Origin: an uncultured Acidobacteriota bacterium
GTDB lineage: Bacteria > Acidobacteriota > Vicinamibacteria > Vicinamibacterales > CAVVIG01
NCBI GenBank assembly: GCA_963780685.1
Contig: CAWACZ010000006.1
Coordinates: 38,683-102,682 of the forward strand
Direction: 5' to 3'
DNA length: 64,000 nucleotides
Within the stretch, counting starts at the first letter, position 1. Each line of letters begins with the position of its first letter. The notes under the pieces were generated by a model, which had not been told where the DNA came from, did not search any database, and saw only the letters and a list, made by a program, of their open reading frames with translations. Position numbers and translations under genes: made by a program. This document shows positions 18,962 through 28,705 of the stretch, piece by piece.

Positions 18962-20234
18962 ATGCAGGTCGCCACAGAAGTCACAGAGCGCGTCTTCGCC
19001 AAAATCACCTGGCGACTGATGCCATTTCTCATCGTCGCCTACGTCCTGAACTATCTCGATCGAAACAATGTCGGCTTTGCCGCGTTGACGATGAACCAAG
19101 AGCTCGGGTTGACGCCGCTGCAGTTCGGCAATGCGAGTGGCATCCTCTTTCTCGGCTACTGCTTCTTCGAAATACCCAGCAACATCGCCTTGTATCGCGT
19201 CGGGGCGCGGATCTGGCTCTCGAGGATCATGATCACCTGGGGACTCGTCTCCGCCGCGACCATCTTCGTAACGGGTGCCAACAGTCTGTATCTCCTCCGG
19301 TTCCTGCTTGGTGTGGCGGAGGCGGGATTTTTTCCTGGCGTCGCCTACTACCTCGGGACCTGGTTCCCGACCGAGTACCGCACACGGGCGATCGCCTGGT
19401 TCATGGTCGCCATCCCCGTGTCTTCGGTGATCGGCGGTCCCATCTCGGGCTTGCTATTGGCGATGGACGGTGTGGCGGGGCTGGCGGGGTGGAAGTGGTT
19501 GTTTCTCGTCGAGGGGCTGCCGGTCTGCCTGTTGGGAGTGGCCGCACTCTGGGTGCTCGCGGACCGGCCGGAGGATGCGAAGTGGCTGACCGAGGAAGAG
19601 CGGCAGATCGTTCGCGATCGCCTCGCCAGCGAGCGCCGCGAGCGCGAGGTCAAACACCTTCTTCCGGCCTTGAAAGATACACGCGTGCTGGTCCTCGCCG
19701 GCGTCCAGTTCGGCTTTCTCGTTGGATCGGTACGGCGTCGGACTGTTCCTGCCACAGATACTGAAAGAAGGCCAGCTGTCCGACATCGAAGTCGGATTCG
19801 TCTCGAGTGCCTGCTACGTCGTGGCGTCGGTTGGCATGATCGCGTGGGCGACACACGTCGAGCGACACGGCGGACGGGTAGGCAACCTCACCCTCACGTG
19901 CCTCGTCGCGGCCGTCGGATTTCTCGGCGCGATCTATTCGAGTCGATTCTGGGTCTCGATCGTCTGGCTGACGGTCGCGCTCACGGGAATCAACGCGGCT
20001 CGTGGGCTGTTTTGGACGATACCGCCGCGATTTCTGACAGGGATGGCGGCAGCCGGCGGCCTGGCCTTCATCAACTCAATCGGGACCATGGGCGGGTTCG
20101 TCGGACCGATCGTGATGGGATGGCTGACCGATCGATCCGGCTCGTTTTTCGCCGGACTCGCCGCCATGGGGGCGTTCCTGCTGCTCGCGGCCGCGTTGTC
20201 CTGGTCGCTGAAGCTGTTCGTGAAGCAGGATTAG
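18962..20234 (+). pseudogene. MFS transporter (anion:cation symporter-like), one +1 frame disruption
   Basis: TM1-6 are in ORF 18962..20278 up to GVQFGFLVGS. TM7-12 (YGVGLFLPQIL...GGFVGPIVMGWLTD) are in ORF 19722..20234. The switch is at cggtacgg 19729-19733. Confidence 0.85.
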
Positions 20235-20240
20235 CAAGAG

Positions 20241-20432
20241 CAGCTTCCAGCTCCCAGCTTTCAGCTCTCAGCAAGTAGCGCAGGCCCTCAGGCCTGCTTG
20301 CGACGGGCAGCCCTGACCAGCCTCCGCCAAGGCTACGGCGGTCCGCCGAAGCTTCAGCGAAGGCGGAAGGGCTGCGTTACGTCGGCGCGATTTCTTCACA
20401 GGGTCTGAGAGCTGGCAGCTGGAAGCTGGCAG
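20241..20432. repeat. composite palindrome: heptamer array, 106-nt REP/MITE-like core, inverted heptamer array
   Basis: Left array (cagcttc cagctcc cagcttt cagctct cagcaag) at 20241-75. Core gtagcgcag...ctgcgttac at 20275-20380. Right array (ctgagag ctggcag ctggaag ctggcag) at 20405-32. It fills the gap between two convergent genes, so it is a bidirectional terminator candidate. Confidence 0.85.
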
Positions 20433-20852
20433 CTATTTCTTAAACGTAATCGTCCTCAAGAAATTTCGGTCCGCCTTGAGCTCCTCCTGTCCCGCCGGAA
20501 ACTTATTCACCTGGAGCATGTAGGCGACGATGTCGGTGGAGGACTGGGTGGTGAGACTGCCGACGTTATCGGCCGGCATCGACGTCCGAATTCGATCGAC
20601 GAGGTCGGCCATGTTCTGACCGTCCCATCGGTCGAGAAACTCGCCCCCCGCGAGCGAAGGCGCCTGGTCGCTGCCGCTCAGGTCCGCTAGATGGCACGCG
20701 CTGCAAACCTGGCCGTAAGTAGTCTGGCCGCGTTGGGCCTGCAACTCGCTATAAATACCCGCCGACAGGCTCGGTCCCTGGCCCGCGTAGCCGGTCGACA
20801 GTAAGCAAAGCATTGCGGCCGCAACTGGTGCGGTGTGTTTGAATGCGATCAT
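20433..20852 (-). CDS. class I c-type cytochrome with signal peptide
   Basis: Signal peptide MIAFKHTAPVAAAMLCLLSTGYAG, and a single CSACH haem-binding motif. Confidence 0.8.
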   Translation of the reverse strand: MIAFKHTAPVAAAMLCLLSTGYAGQGPSLSAGIYSELQAQRGQTTYGQVCSACHLADLSGSDQAPSLAGGEFLDRWDGQNMADLVDRIRTSMPADNVGSLTTQSSTDIVAYMLQVNKFPAGQEELKADRNFLRTITFKK

Positions 20853-20938
20853 GGAAATGTTCCCTTTTCACCAAAAAGTCTATCGCAGCTTCGACCGCGG
20901 CCTCTTGCAGCGCAGGCCTTTAGGCCTGCCTCTTCGAA

Positions 20939-21979
20939 TCACCTTACCTGAGACGAGTCTCTGTCCGTCGCTGCTCGGTCGTCGTCGGCGTTGTCCTCCG
21001 CGCGCCCGGCCCTCAGGATGGCTTCCAGGCCGAGGTTCCCTTCGTGGCAGGCGTATTCATAGGGCCGTTGGCTGTCGTCCTTTTTCGCCAGGTTCATCGC
21101 GAAAGTCCAGGGCCGCCTCCAGGTGTGCGGGTCTTCGAAGGTGACGGACCATTCGAGCACATCGGGCGCGGTTGGCTTGAAGCGCTCGACCATTCGAAGA
21201 TGCTCGCTGGAACCTCGGTACGGCGTCCTGTCGGTGAAGTTGGTCGTTTCGACTACCAGCGTGCTGCCATCCCATCGACCACGCGCGTCGCCGAGATACA
21301 TGTGAATGCCTTGTCCGACGTGCGGCCGTCCATCAAGCGGGATGACGCGCGTCTCGTTGACCATTTCGTACTGGATCGCAACGTAACCTGGCCCCTGATG
21401 GATCTGATAGGCATTGCCGTAAATGGCCGGCATCATGGAGCCGGGCAGGCCGCGCGTGATGCATCGATCGTACAGGCTGCGATCCTCGTAGGAATCCGCG
21501 GGCCCGCGGCCGCGCCCGGATTCCGACCGATCGGCTGCCCGCTGCCGGGCTTCGTCGGTCTGAGGAGGAATCTTGCCGTCTGGTGGGTCCGTCACGAGCC
21601 ACGCGCGGCTGTTCTTCGGAAAGTGATTCTCGAACCAATGGAGCGGGCTTCTCAGCTCCCATCGCTGCCGGTCGGCCTCGATCCGTTGGTCGCTGCGCTG
21701 GTTGCGAAGCGCTGCGAGCTCGGCGTCCGTGATCTCTTCGAGCCGGCGCCCTTCGAATTGTGCCGGTCGCTCGAAGGGAATAAGGCTCTCGTCGTTGTTG
21801 GTGAAGACACCGGAAATGTCCGGATCGCCCCATGGCGTCCGACTGGGCATATACGGTTTCGGGGGAGCTGCCGTACGAGTCGGGGAGGGTCCTTGAGCGA
21901 AAAGTGGAGCGACGCTCGAACCGACCAGCATCGTGGCGACCAACACGCCGGCTGACGCGAGGACGCGCTGACGGCACAT
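20939..21979 (-). CDS. secreted conserved hypothetical protein, paralog A of a three-member family
   Basis: Signal peptide. Blocks shared with 30372..31430 and 48759..49595: TPWGDPD(I/L)(S/Q)G, RCITRG, IPLDGRPH, GRWDGSTLVVETTNF, YEYACHEGN. Confidence 0.7.
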   Translation of the reverse strand: MCRQRVLASAGVLVATMLVGSSVAPLFAQGPSPTRTAAPPKPYMPSRTPWGDPDISGVFTNNDESLIPFERPAQFEGRRLEEITDAELAALRNQRSDQRIEADRQRWELRSPLHWFENHFPKNSRAWLVTDPPDGKIPPQTDEARQRAADRSESGRGRGPADSYEDRSLYDRCITRGLPGSMMPAIYGNAYQIHQGPGYVAIQYEMVNETRVIPLDGRPHVGQGIHMYLGDARGRWDGSTLVVETTNFTDRTPYRGSSEHLRMVERFKPTAPDVLEWSVTFEDPHTWRRPWTFAMNLAKKDDSQRPYEYACHEGNLGLEAILRAGRAEDNADDDRAATDRDSSQVR

Positions 21980-21993
21980 GCAGGAATTATAGG

Positions 21994-22014
21994 GCAGACT
22001 TCAGACTTCAGACT
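21994..22014. repeat. heptamer array (CAGACTT)x3
   Basis: cagacttcagacttcagactt. This is the reverse complement of the array at 22978..23027. Confidence 0.85.
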
Positions 22015-22085
22015 TCTGACCTGGTACATAATGCGCAGCCGTAACGATCGGCCTTGGAAACTCGGGTGGCGAGGGGATCAATTAG

Positions 22086-22994
22086 ATGGAAGGACAGCTT
22101 CTCGGATTTATCGGCATTGGCAGGATGGGCGGGCCGATGTCGTCCAGGCTGATAGATGCCGGCTATTCGTTGTGCGTTTTCGATACGAATCCGGATGCGG
22201 TGAAGCCACTCGCTGCCCGGGGCATCGAGGTCGTGGCCTCACCCGCAGAGGTGGCGTCGATTGCGCAAATCGTGCTGATGAGCCTGCCAACTCCGAGTGT
22301 GGTCCAAGCCGTCGCTCTGGGCGAACAGGGCATCGTCCACGGATCGAAGGTGCGGACGCTTGTCGACCTGTCGACCACTGGACCCGGCGTGGCAAGTGTC
22401 GTCAGTAAGGGAGTGGCCGAACGCGGGATCACGCTCGTCGACTCGCCCGTGAGCGGCGGCGTTGCGGGAGCGAAAGCCGGGACGCTGGCGGTGATGGTGT
22501 CGTGTCCGAAGCCAGCGCTCGAGCAGGTCGAACCGATCCTCAAGCACCTGGGGCGTCTTTTCTATACTGGCGACAAACCGGGACTCGCGCAAACGGCCAA
22601 GCTGGCCAACAACCTGCTTGCTGCGGCGGCGCTGGTGGTCTCGTCCGAGGCACTGGCGATGGGCGTCAAGGCTGGCCTGGACCCCAACGTGCTTCTGGAC
22701 ATCATCAATGCCGGAAGCGGCCGCAACAGCGCCACGCAGGACAAGTTTCCGCGATCGATTCTGCCCGGAACGTTCGATTTCGGCTTCGCGACGGGGCTCT
22801 CGTACAAGGACGTCAAGTTGTGCATCGACGAAGCCGAGGCACTTGGCGTGCCGATGGTGGTAGGTTCCGCGGTCCGGCAAATGCTGGCGGTGACGAACGC
22901 CCGATTTGGAGCCACCTCCGACTTCACGTGCATCGCGAAGGTTGTCGAAGAATGGGCGGGGGTGGAAATACGGAACAAGAAGTCTGAAGTCTGA
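22086..22994 (+). CDS. 3-hydroxyisobutyrate dehydrogenase / beta-hydroxyacid dehydrogenase family
   Basis: LGFIGIGRMGGPMSSRLIDAG NAD fold, DSPVSGG, and KLANNLLAAAA blocks. The last codons (KKSEV*) are encoded by the heptamer array. Confidence 0.9.
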   Translation: MEGQLLGFIGIGRMGGPMSSRLIDAGYSLCVFDTNPDAVKPLAARGIEVVASPAEVASIAQIVLMSLPTPSVVQAVALGEQGIVHGSKVRTLVDLSTTGPGVASVVSKGVAERGITLVDSPVSGGVAGAKAGTLAVMVSCPKPALEQVEPILKHLGRLFYTGDKPGLAQTAKLANNLLAAAALVVSSEALAMGVKAGLDPNVLLDIINAGSGRNSATQDKFPRSILPGTFDFGFATGLSYKDVKLCIDEAEALGVPMVVGSAVRQMLAVTNARFGATSDFTCIAKVVEEWAGVEIRNKKSEV

Positions 22995-23027
22995 AGTCCG
23001 AAGTCTGAAGTTAAGTCTGAAGTCTGA
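22978..23027. repeat. heptamer array (AGTCTGA)n, about 7 units
   Basis: agtctga agtctga agtccga agtctga agtta agtctga agtctga. The second unit supplies the TGA stop at 22992-94. It is followed by gtagcgcagcc...cctgtgaagaaa (solo REP end plus inverted flank). Confidence 0.9.
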
Positions 23028-23190
23028 AGTAGCGCAGCCCTTTGAGAGCCTGTGAAGAAACACTTCAACCGCCGAGTTCGCAGAGGAAGAATCCTCTGGA
23101 ATTCTCGGCGATCTTTGCGCGCTCTGCGGTAGACCCGGGGGGCATTTCCACGGCCTCTTTAGGGCTAAGGGCATCGAAAAGGAAGGCCCA

Positions 23191-24694
23191 ATGTCGACTG
23201 TGACTGCACCCGCTCTCGTGCAATACAAGATGTACATCGGCGGCGAGTGGGTGGATAGCGAGTCGGGCCAGAGCTTCGAGAGCGACAATCCCTACACCGG
23301 CCGGCCTTGGGCACAGATCCCTCGGGGGACGGCCGCTGATGCCGACCGCGCCGCCCGAGCGGCGCATCATGCGTTCACTTCCGGCGATTGGCCGAAGCTG
23401 ACGCCGTCGCGTCGGGGCGCGCTTCTTCGTCGGCTCGGCGACCTGGTGGCCGATCGGTCGAAGGCGCTCGCTGAAATCGAGGTACGCGACAACGGCAAGC
23501 TGTACGCCGAAATGCACGGGCAGGTCGCGTACATGGCCCACTGGTTCCACTATTACGCAGGTCTGGCCGACAAGATCGAGGGTTCGGTCATTCCCCTCGA
23601 CAAGACCGACTACCTCAACTACACGCGCCTCGAACCTCTCGGCGTCGTGGCGGCCATAGTCCCCTGGAATTCTCCGTTGCTGCTCGCCGCGTGGAAGCTT
23701 GCTCCCGCGCTCGCGGCCGGCAATACCGCAGTCATCAAGCCGTCCGAGTACACATCCGCGTCGATTCTCGATTTCATGAAGCTGGTCGAAGATGCCGGCT
23801 TTCCGCCCGGCGTCGTGAACGTCGTGACCGGCTTCGGGACCGAGGTCGGCATGCCGCTGGTCGAGCATCCGCTCGTGGCCAAGGTGGCGTTCACCGGATT
23901 CTGACGCGACCGGCCAGCGGATCTACGAAGCGGCGGCGCGCGGGATGAAGCGGGTCACGATGGAGCTCGGTGGCAAGTCGCCGAACATCGTCTTCGAGGA
24001 CGCGGATCTTGACGATGCGGTCAAGGGAGTCGTGTCGGGTATTTTGGCGGCCACCGGTCAAACGTGCGTCGCCGGTTCGAGACTCCTTCTCCAGGACACC
24101 GTTCACGATCGATTCGTCGAGAAGCTGGTCGCGTTGTTCAGGACCGCCAAGATGGGCGACCCAATGAGCCCGCAGACACAGATAGGGCCGATCGCCAACA
24201 GACCTCAGCTCGAGAAGATCTTGAAGTACATCGAGATCGCCAAAGGCGAGAATGCCACGCTCGTTCTGGGTGGGGGCCGCGCCTCTCGACCCGAATGCGG
24301 AGATGGCTGGTTCGTCGAGCCGACGATCTTCGATGGCGTGAAGAACAGCATGCGCATTGCACAGGAAGAGGTGTTTGGTCCCGTACTGTCGGTGCTTACG
24401 TTCAAGGACGAGGACGAAGCCGTCGCTGTCGGGAACGACGTCGCCTATGGCCTTGCGGCTGGAGTGTGGACGCAAAACATCCGCCGCGCCCTGACCATGG
24501 CGGCGCGGCTTCAGGCCGGGACCGTCTGGGTGAATACGTATCGCGCCAATAGCTGCATGTCGCCGTTCGGAGGCTACAAGCGGTCGGGATTCGGGCGCGA
24601 AGGCGGGAAGGACATGATCTACGAATACCTGCAGACGAAGAGCGTTTGGATCTCGACCGCGACGGACGTACCGAATCCGTTCGTGCAGCGCTAG
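23191..24694 (+). pseudogene. NAD(P)-dependent aldehyde dehydrogenase, one +1 frame disruption
   Basis: ORF 23191..23904 ends ...HPLVAKVAFTGF*. The next frame continues SDATGQRIYEAAARGMKRVTMELGGKSPNIVF...GQTCVAGSR. The FTGS motif is restored by removing one nt at 23898-23900. Confidence 0.9.
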
Positions 24695-24838
24695 AGGCTG
24701 GAGGCTAGAGGCTGGAGGCTCGGGGCTACTAAGTAGCGCAGCCCTTCCGCCTTCGCTGAAGCTTCGGCGGACCGCCGTAGCCTTGGCGGAGGCTGGTCAG
24801 GGCTGCCCGGCGAAGCAGGCCTTAAAGGCCTGCGCTAC
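24691..24838. repeat. heptamer array (CTAGAGG CTGGAGG)n followed by the 106-nt REP/MITE-like core in inverted orientation
   Basis: The array at 24691-24732 contains the TAG stop (24692-94). The core at 24733-24838 is the near-exact reverse complement of 20275-20380. Confidence 0.85.
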
Positions 24839-24879
24839 AGCGATTTCTTCACAGGCTGTGGGAGCTGGAAGCTGATGCT

Positions 24880-25668
24880 GTGACCACACCGAACGGAAAA
24901 TGTGCGCTCATCACCGGATCGGTGCAAGGCCTCGGTCTGGCGACCGCCGGTCGAATGGCCCAAGCCGGCTTCAACGTCGTGCTCAATGGCTTTGCCGATC
25001 CTTCACGCGTCGACGCGATTCGGTCGCAAATCGAAGATCGTCATGGCGTTCGCACGTTCTACAGTGGCGCGGACCTTCGAAATCCCGGAGAGATCGAGCG
25101 GATGGTTGCCTCGACTCTGGAGACCTTCGGCTCGATCGACGTCGTCGTGAACAACGCCGTCGTGCGCCACTCGGCGCCCGTCGAAGTGTTTCCACTCGCG
25201 AAATGGGACGAGGCGCTCGCCGTGAATTTGTCGGCGGCCTTCCACACCATTCGCCTGGCCTTGCCAGAAATGCGGCGCAAGAACTGGGGGCGGATCATTA
25301 ACGTCTCATCAATCTACGGGCTTCGCGCCGCAGCCGAGCGCGTCGGGTACGTCACCACGAAGACCGCGCTGATCGGCCTGACCCGGGCCGTCGCCCTGGA
25401 GACACTCGGAGAGCACATTACGTGCAACGCCATCTGTCCAGGAACGACCCGGACGCCAGTGCACGACGCGAGGATCGACGAAATGATGGCGGCCGACGGT
25501 CTCTCCCGCGACGAAGCCGAGCAACGGTTCCTGGTGGGGAAGCAGCCCACCGGGCGCTGGATTGAAGCGGAGAACGTCGCGGCGTTGATCGTCTTCTTGT
25601 GCGGACCGGAAAGCGACCACATCACGGGCTCGGTCCTGCCGATGGACGATGGCTGGTCTGCCGGCTGA
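24880..25668 (+). CDS. 3-hydroxybutyrate dehydrogenase-like classical SDR
   Basis: KCALITGSVQGLGLATA (TGxxxGxG), NNAVV, S...YVTTK catalytic residues, and C-terminal ITGSVLPMDDGWSA. Confidence 0.85.
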   Translation: MTTPNGKCALITGSVQGLGLATAGRMAQAGFNVVLNGFADPSRVDAIRSQIEDRHGVRTFYSGADLRNPGEIERMVASTLETFGSIDVVVNNAVVRHSAPVEVFPLAKWDEALAVNLSAAFHTIRLALPEMRRKNWGRIINVSSIYGLRAAAERVGYVTTKTALIGLTRAVALETLGEHITCNAICPGTTRTPVHDARIDEMMAADGLSRDEAEQRFLVGKQPTGRWIEAENVAALIVFLCGPESDHITGSVLPMDDGWSAG

Positions 25669-25930
25669 GGCGTTCGAGTCGTTCGTCAAGAACAGGCGAT
25701 TGCCAGCTGGCCACGCGAGCGCAGCAACGACTTCTTGGGATCGATGACAGGCTCTCGAGGCAGCTTCGTCCGCGGCGGCGGCGGGCCGGGGATGAACCGC
25801 TTGACGCGTGCGCGAGCCGGCCGCTCCTGTGTAAGAATCTTCACGGACGGGTGACCGGAAACCATTGGAAATCTCGCCCTTGGTCTCGGGGCGTCGGATG
25901 GACGGCGTCTGGTCCGTGAGCTGATCCCAT

Positions 25931-26584
25931 ATGGCCGTGTACTCGCAGGGACTGATTCACCGGCTCCTCACAGGATTCGTCCGCCTGGCCGGCGGTCTGC
26001 GGCCTTTCGAATCGCCCTGGGACCGCGTGGCCTTGCGAGTGCCTGTTGCGGCATTCGGTCCGGGTTCCCGCCGTCATTTTGCTCACTACTTCGAAGGCGA
26101 GAGCGGTGTCCGCATCGAGTCCATCGACGGAATCGTCGAATGGCTGCTGACCTGCGAGTACGTCACGGACAGCCGCCTGTTCAACGAGCCCGATCGCTGG
26201 CAGCACCCGAGCAGCTTCGAAGAGCTGCGTCGCGGCGACTGCGAGGATTTTGCGCTGTGGACGTGGCGCAAGCTGGCCGAGCTGGAGATTGACGCGGAGT
26301 TCTACGTCGGCCGTGTGCTCTTGAACGACGAGCCGCACGTCCTCCGCCAGCACGCGTGGGTGGTCTTCTGCGTGGACGATGTGGAGTACCTGTTCGAGCC
26401 CGCTGCGCGGGACCGGGGACGAATGATTCGCGAGCTGAGCGACGCGATGAACGACTATGTCCCGCATTTCGCCGTCGACCGACGGCTTCGCACGTTCGCC
26501 TTCGGGGGCTATGTCGCCGATTCGGACAGCGTCCGGCCACGAACCGACGCGATTGCTCCCCAGGTCTCCCCAGGTCAAAACTGA
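25931..26584 (+). CDS. transglutaminase-like cysteine peptidase family protein
   Basis: The RRGDCEDFALWTWRKL block (catalytic Cys context) followed by HAWVVF (His) fits the papain-like transglutaminase fold. The antisense ORF 25841..26578 is judged spurious. Confidence 0.55.
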   Translation: MAVYSQGLIHRLLTGFVRLAGGLRPFESPWDRVALRVPVAAFGPGSRRHFAHYFEGESGVRIESIDGIVEWLLTCEYVTDSRLFNEPDRWQHPSSFEELRRGDCEDFALWTWRKLAELEIDAEFYVGRVLLNDEPHVLRQHAWVVFCVDDVEYLFEPAARDRGRMIRELSDAMNDYVPHFAVDRRLRTFAFGGYVADSDSVRPRTDAIAPQVSPGQN

Positions 26585-26599
26585 AGAGCGCCTGCAGCG

Positions 26600-27248
26600 C
26601 TATTGAACGACCGTTCGTCGCATCTTCAGATCCACCTCGAGCTGAATGTCATCGTTGACGCTGACGAGTCCCAGCAGCTTGGGAATGGTGAGCTTGAACT
26701 TGGAGAATGGAAATCGGGTAGTGGCACGACCGGTGACGACATCGGTCCCGAGGTTGCCGGTGACGTTCCAGGATACCTCTGACGTCACGCCATGAACGGC
26801 GAGGTCGCCGATCAGCTGGAACGAGACGCTCCCAGTCGAAGGAAGCGGAAAGGTCAGGCCTTCGGTTCGCCGCGCCTGGAACTCGGCGATCGGGAATCGA
26901 TCGGTTTGCAGTGTTCGTTCACGGGAGGTACGCGTCGCGTCGCTGTTCGTCGCTCTTCAAGGTGCGCAGATCGATGCGCAGTCTGGACTGGTCGGCCTCG
27001 ATCGACCCGTCCGCCGAAAAGTGGAGACGTCCGGTCACGGTCTGCGTCGTACCGACCGCGTCGTTCGGAAAATTGAGCCGGGCGAGCTGTTCACGCACTC
27101 GATACGATGCCGAGCTGCCCGGCGCGACATCGAGCCGGACCGCGCCAGCCCGAGACGGAATCGAATGATTCTGCGCCCACAGCGGCGGAACACCGGCACC
27201 GAGCACAGCGAAGGTCAACAGTCCCGCGAGATGCCAGCGATGTCTCAT
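26600..27248 (-). pseudogene. YceI-like periplasmic protein, one +1 frame disruption
   Basis: The signal peptide and N-terminal half are in ORF 26919..27446 from MRHRWHLAGLL to ...DEQRRDAYL. The rest (RERTLQTDRFPIAEF...GDLAVHGVTSEVSWNVTG...) is in the frame of ORF 26600..26788. The switch is at GGTAC 26926-26930. Confidence 0.75.
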
Positions 27249-27367
27249 GCCGCGCCCTCCGCCAGAATAGACGCCGCCCCCGCCACAGTGGTTGCACGTG
27301 GTCGGTGCGTGAAGACCGGCGGATGCCTCCTCAGCGGTGCGACATGTCGCTGAAGGGAAATTCTGCC

Positions 27368-27715
27368 ATGTACGAGCGTCGCAAGCACCGTATGTTGGCA
27401 TGGCCGGCCTTCCTCCGGCGGGCTGGACGGCACCTGCTGTGGGCACTTGTGATCATCGCGTGTGGCGTGGCTGTGGGTACGGTCGGCTATCACACGGCGG
27501 GACGACTCGCGTGGCTCGATGCGTTTCTCAACGCCTCGATGATTCTCAGCGGCATGGGGCCGGTCGATCAGATGAAGACGCCGGCCGGCAAGTGGTTTTC
27601 AGCCCTCTACGCGCTCTTCAGCGGCCTCGTGTTCATCGGCGCCAGCAGTGTCATCGTTGCGCCGTGGGTGCATCGCCTTTTCCACTGGATTCACATCGAG
27701 GATCGGTCATCATGA
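27368..27715 (+). CDS. small membrane protein with 3 predicted TM segments
   Basis: Three predicted TM segments: HLLWALVIIACGVAVGTVGY, WLDAFLNASMILSGMGPV, FSALYALFSGLVFIGASSVIVAPW. Start is ATG 27344 or 27368. Confidence 0.45.
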   Translation: MYERRKHRMLAWPAFLRRAGRHLLWALVIIACGVAVGTVGYHTAGRLAWLDAFLNASMILSGMGPVDQMKTPAGKWFSALYALFSGLVFIGASSVIVAPWVHRLFHWIHIEDRSS

Positions 27716-27986
27716 TCCGCTGCCACACTCTCGATCCTTTCACTCGTCGCGACGCCGCCGTCCGCCCCGCTCTCCGAGGTTTCAGCGAGCCCGGCGAGAC
27801 CCACGCCCGACGAAGGGTGTGAGCCAGGTACACCGGAACGCTCGCGCCGAGCCACACGCGGGCCGCGCGCGCTACGAGCCGTCTGAGCGGCGGCCTCGTG
27901 AGGACTACGTAGGCGGCAGCCACCGCGGCTGCCGCCAGCACTCCGTTCGCGATCGTGCGAGCAGTCGTGGACGTCACATCCTTCAA
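27651..27986 (-). CDS. small membrane protein (C-terminal extent uncertain)
   Basis: ATGA-coupled to the upstream YtxH-like gene. One TM segment (IANGVLAAAAVAAAYVVL). The tail overlaps the convergent gene and may be over-extended. Confidence 0.35.
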   Translation of the reverse strand: MKDVTSTTARTIANGVLAAAAVAAAYVVLTRPPLRRLVARAARVWLGASVPVYLAHTLRRAWVSPGSLKPRRAGRTAASRRVKGSRVWQRIMMTDPRCESSGKGDAPTAQR

Positions 27987-28297
27987 CTCTCCAATCGTCC
28001 ATTCGTGCGGGCGCTCGTGGCCTCGCCGATGTTCCGCTGCGCTTCCTCCACTCCGCGAGACACGGTCTCCCGCGCTTTTCCGTACACCTCACGTCCACGT
28101 TCGGCCATGGTTTCCGCGGTCTTGGATGCGCGCCGATAACCCTCCGATGCTCGTTCGCCGATCTGGCCTCTCAGCTCCGAACCGGATCGCGGAGCGAAGA
28201 GCATGCCCAAACCAGCACCCAGAACCGTGCCCGCCAACAGGCCCACGACGAAGGCGCCACCGCCTTCGTGCCTCAAACGATCGTCTCCTTCTGGCAT
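27983..28297 (-). CDS. YtxH-like (general stress, Gly-zipper TM plus helical) protein
   Basis: GAFVVGLLAGTVLGAGLGMLFAPRSGSELR followed by a charged helical region is typical of the YtxH family. Confidence 0.6.
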   Translation of the reverse strand: MPEGDDRLRHEGGGAFVVGLLAGTVLGAGLGMLFAPRSGSELRGQIGERASEGYRRASKTAETMAERGREVYGKARETVSRGVEEAQRNIGEATSARTNGRLES

Positions 28298-28705
28298 AGC
28301 TCCCTCCTTCTACGGTCCGACATTTCCCGGAGAGTTTTTCGCGTGGCCGACCTACTGCGAAGTTCAGAAGCGCCTTACCTTCGAGCGCGTGATTCGATCG
28401 CAGCCCACTCGCAGCACGTCGACATGGCCGACGGGTATGTGAATGGCACCGGGTGCGAAACGGATCGTATAACACTGTGAAGCGAGTCTCTCCACCGGTC
28501 GAGCCAAGCCCGGCCTTGGTCGGAATTTTCGCGTAGTCCTGGGACCTCAACTGTCGAGGTGGCGATGCAGGGCGTGCGTCGTGCATCGACTCCGGGGAGA
28601 TCGCCGGGCCACGGCGCGTCGGCGCTCAGGTGGGCGATTTCGAAGGTTGCGAGGCGGGACTGACTTCAGGAAGAGTAGAGTTCTTAACACCAGCGAGGAG
28701 GTTCC

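Noticed and set aside
20912-20929. The gcaggcc-ttta-ggcctgc hairpin as a classical intrinsic terminator
   Set aside because: There is no downstream U-tract, and the same hairpin is part of the dispersed REP-like family. It may still affect transcript ends, but it is not a canonical terminator.
25680-25930. Small minus-strand ORFs between the SDR and the transglutaminase-like gene (for example VKILTQERPARARVKRFIPGPPPPRTKLPREPVIDPKKSLL...)
   Set aside because: They are short, have no recognisable family or RBS, and are broken over two frames. The evidence is insufficient to call a gene.
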